Shown here: in pieces, positions 32,061 to 32,183 of the stretch
Layout of the letters: each line of letters starts with the position of its first letter
How positions within the stretch are numbered: the first letter of the stretch is position 1
Source: a virus
Virus record (IMG/VR): IMGVR_UViG_3300017752_000078
Direction: 5' to 3' (one strand)
DNA length: 32,183 bases
Notes under the pieces: generated by a model
The model's database searches: none
What the model saw: the letters and a program-made list of their open reading frames with translations, nothing else
What the model was told of the DNA's origin: nothing
Program-made: the position numbers and the translations under genes

Positions 32061-32183
32061 AAACGTTTGGTAATTCAGGGGACGCCATCGTGGTTGTTAT
32101 GGACATCAGCGAACGGTGCCCCCTGTACTCTTTAATAGGCCAGTGTGTTGGGGTTCTCCCTCACCTGACTGTGTATATTATAC
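32061..32183. repeat. Direct terminal repeat, right copy, identical to 1..123
   Basis: Exact match to 1..123 by direct comparison. Confidence 0.95.

Overview
The window is one complete tailed dsDNA phage genome with a unit length of 32,060 bp. It is bounded by an exact 123-bp direct repeat (1..123 = 32061..32183). The phage is siphovirus-type: it has a tape-measure gene and no sheath gene.

All roughly 41 credible genes are on the minus strand and tightly packed. About 13 gene junctions use a 1-nt TAATG stop/start overlap. In transcription order (high to low coordinates) the layout is:
- right repeat copy, then a sigma70-type promoter and three small early genes (31918..30657);
- a 12.5-kb block of nine fibre or virion-appendage genes (30637..18168), including a 1508-aa repeat-built fibre;
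- terS, terL and portal, then four small genes, the scaffold and an HK97-fold major capsid gene followed by a strong terminator;
- a small GT42/DUF115-like gene, head-tail joining genes, tube, chaperone and tape measure;
- a lambda/GTA-like tail-tip module (Dit-like, hub-like, J-like);
- a roughly 0.8-kb non-coding, promoter/terminator-punctuated region (2254..3066);
- a small-gene early region (2192..154) driven by repeated near-consensus extended -10 promoters, then the left repeat copy.

The most unusual feature is in the tail-tip module. The slot that holds K/I in lambda, or the NlpC/P60 peptidase in GTA-like tails, is occupied by two overlapping, translationally coupled GNAT-fold acyltransferase genes. 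One looks like an RTX-toxin-activating lysine acyltransferase (HlyC/RtxC/ApxC family). It overlaps the start of a J-like tip protein whose N-terminus is a Lys/Gly-rich segment.

Other points worth a second look are two promoter-to-terminator non-coding units, nine paralogous promoter cassettes, and a glycosyltransferase-like gene just after the capsid terminator. I recognised no replication, lysis or lysogeny genes. All functional calls come from reading the translations and recalling family signatures. No searches were run.
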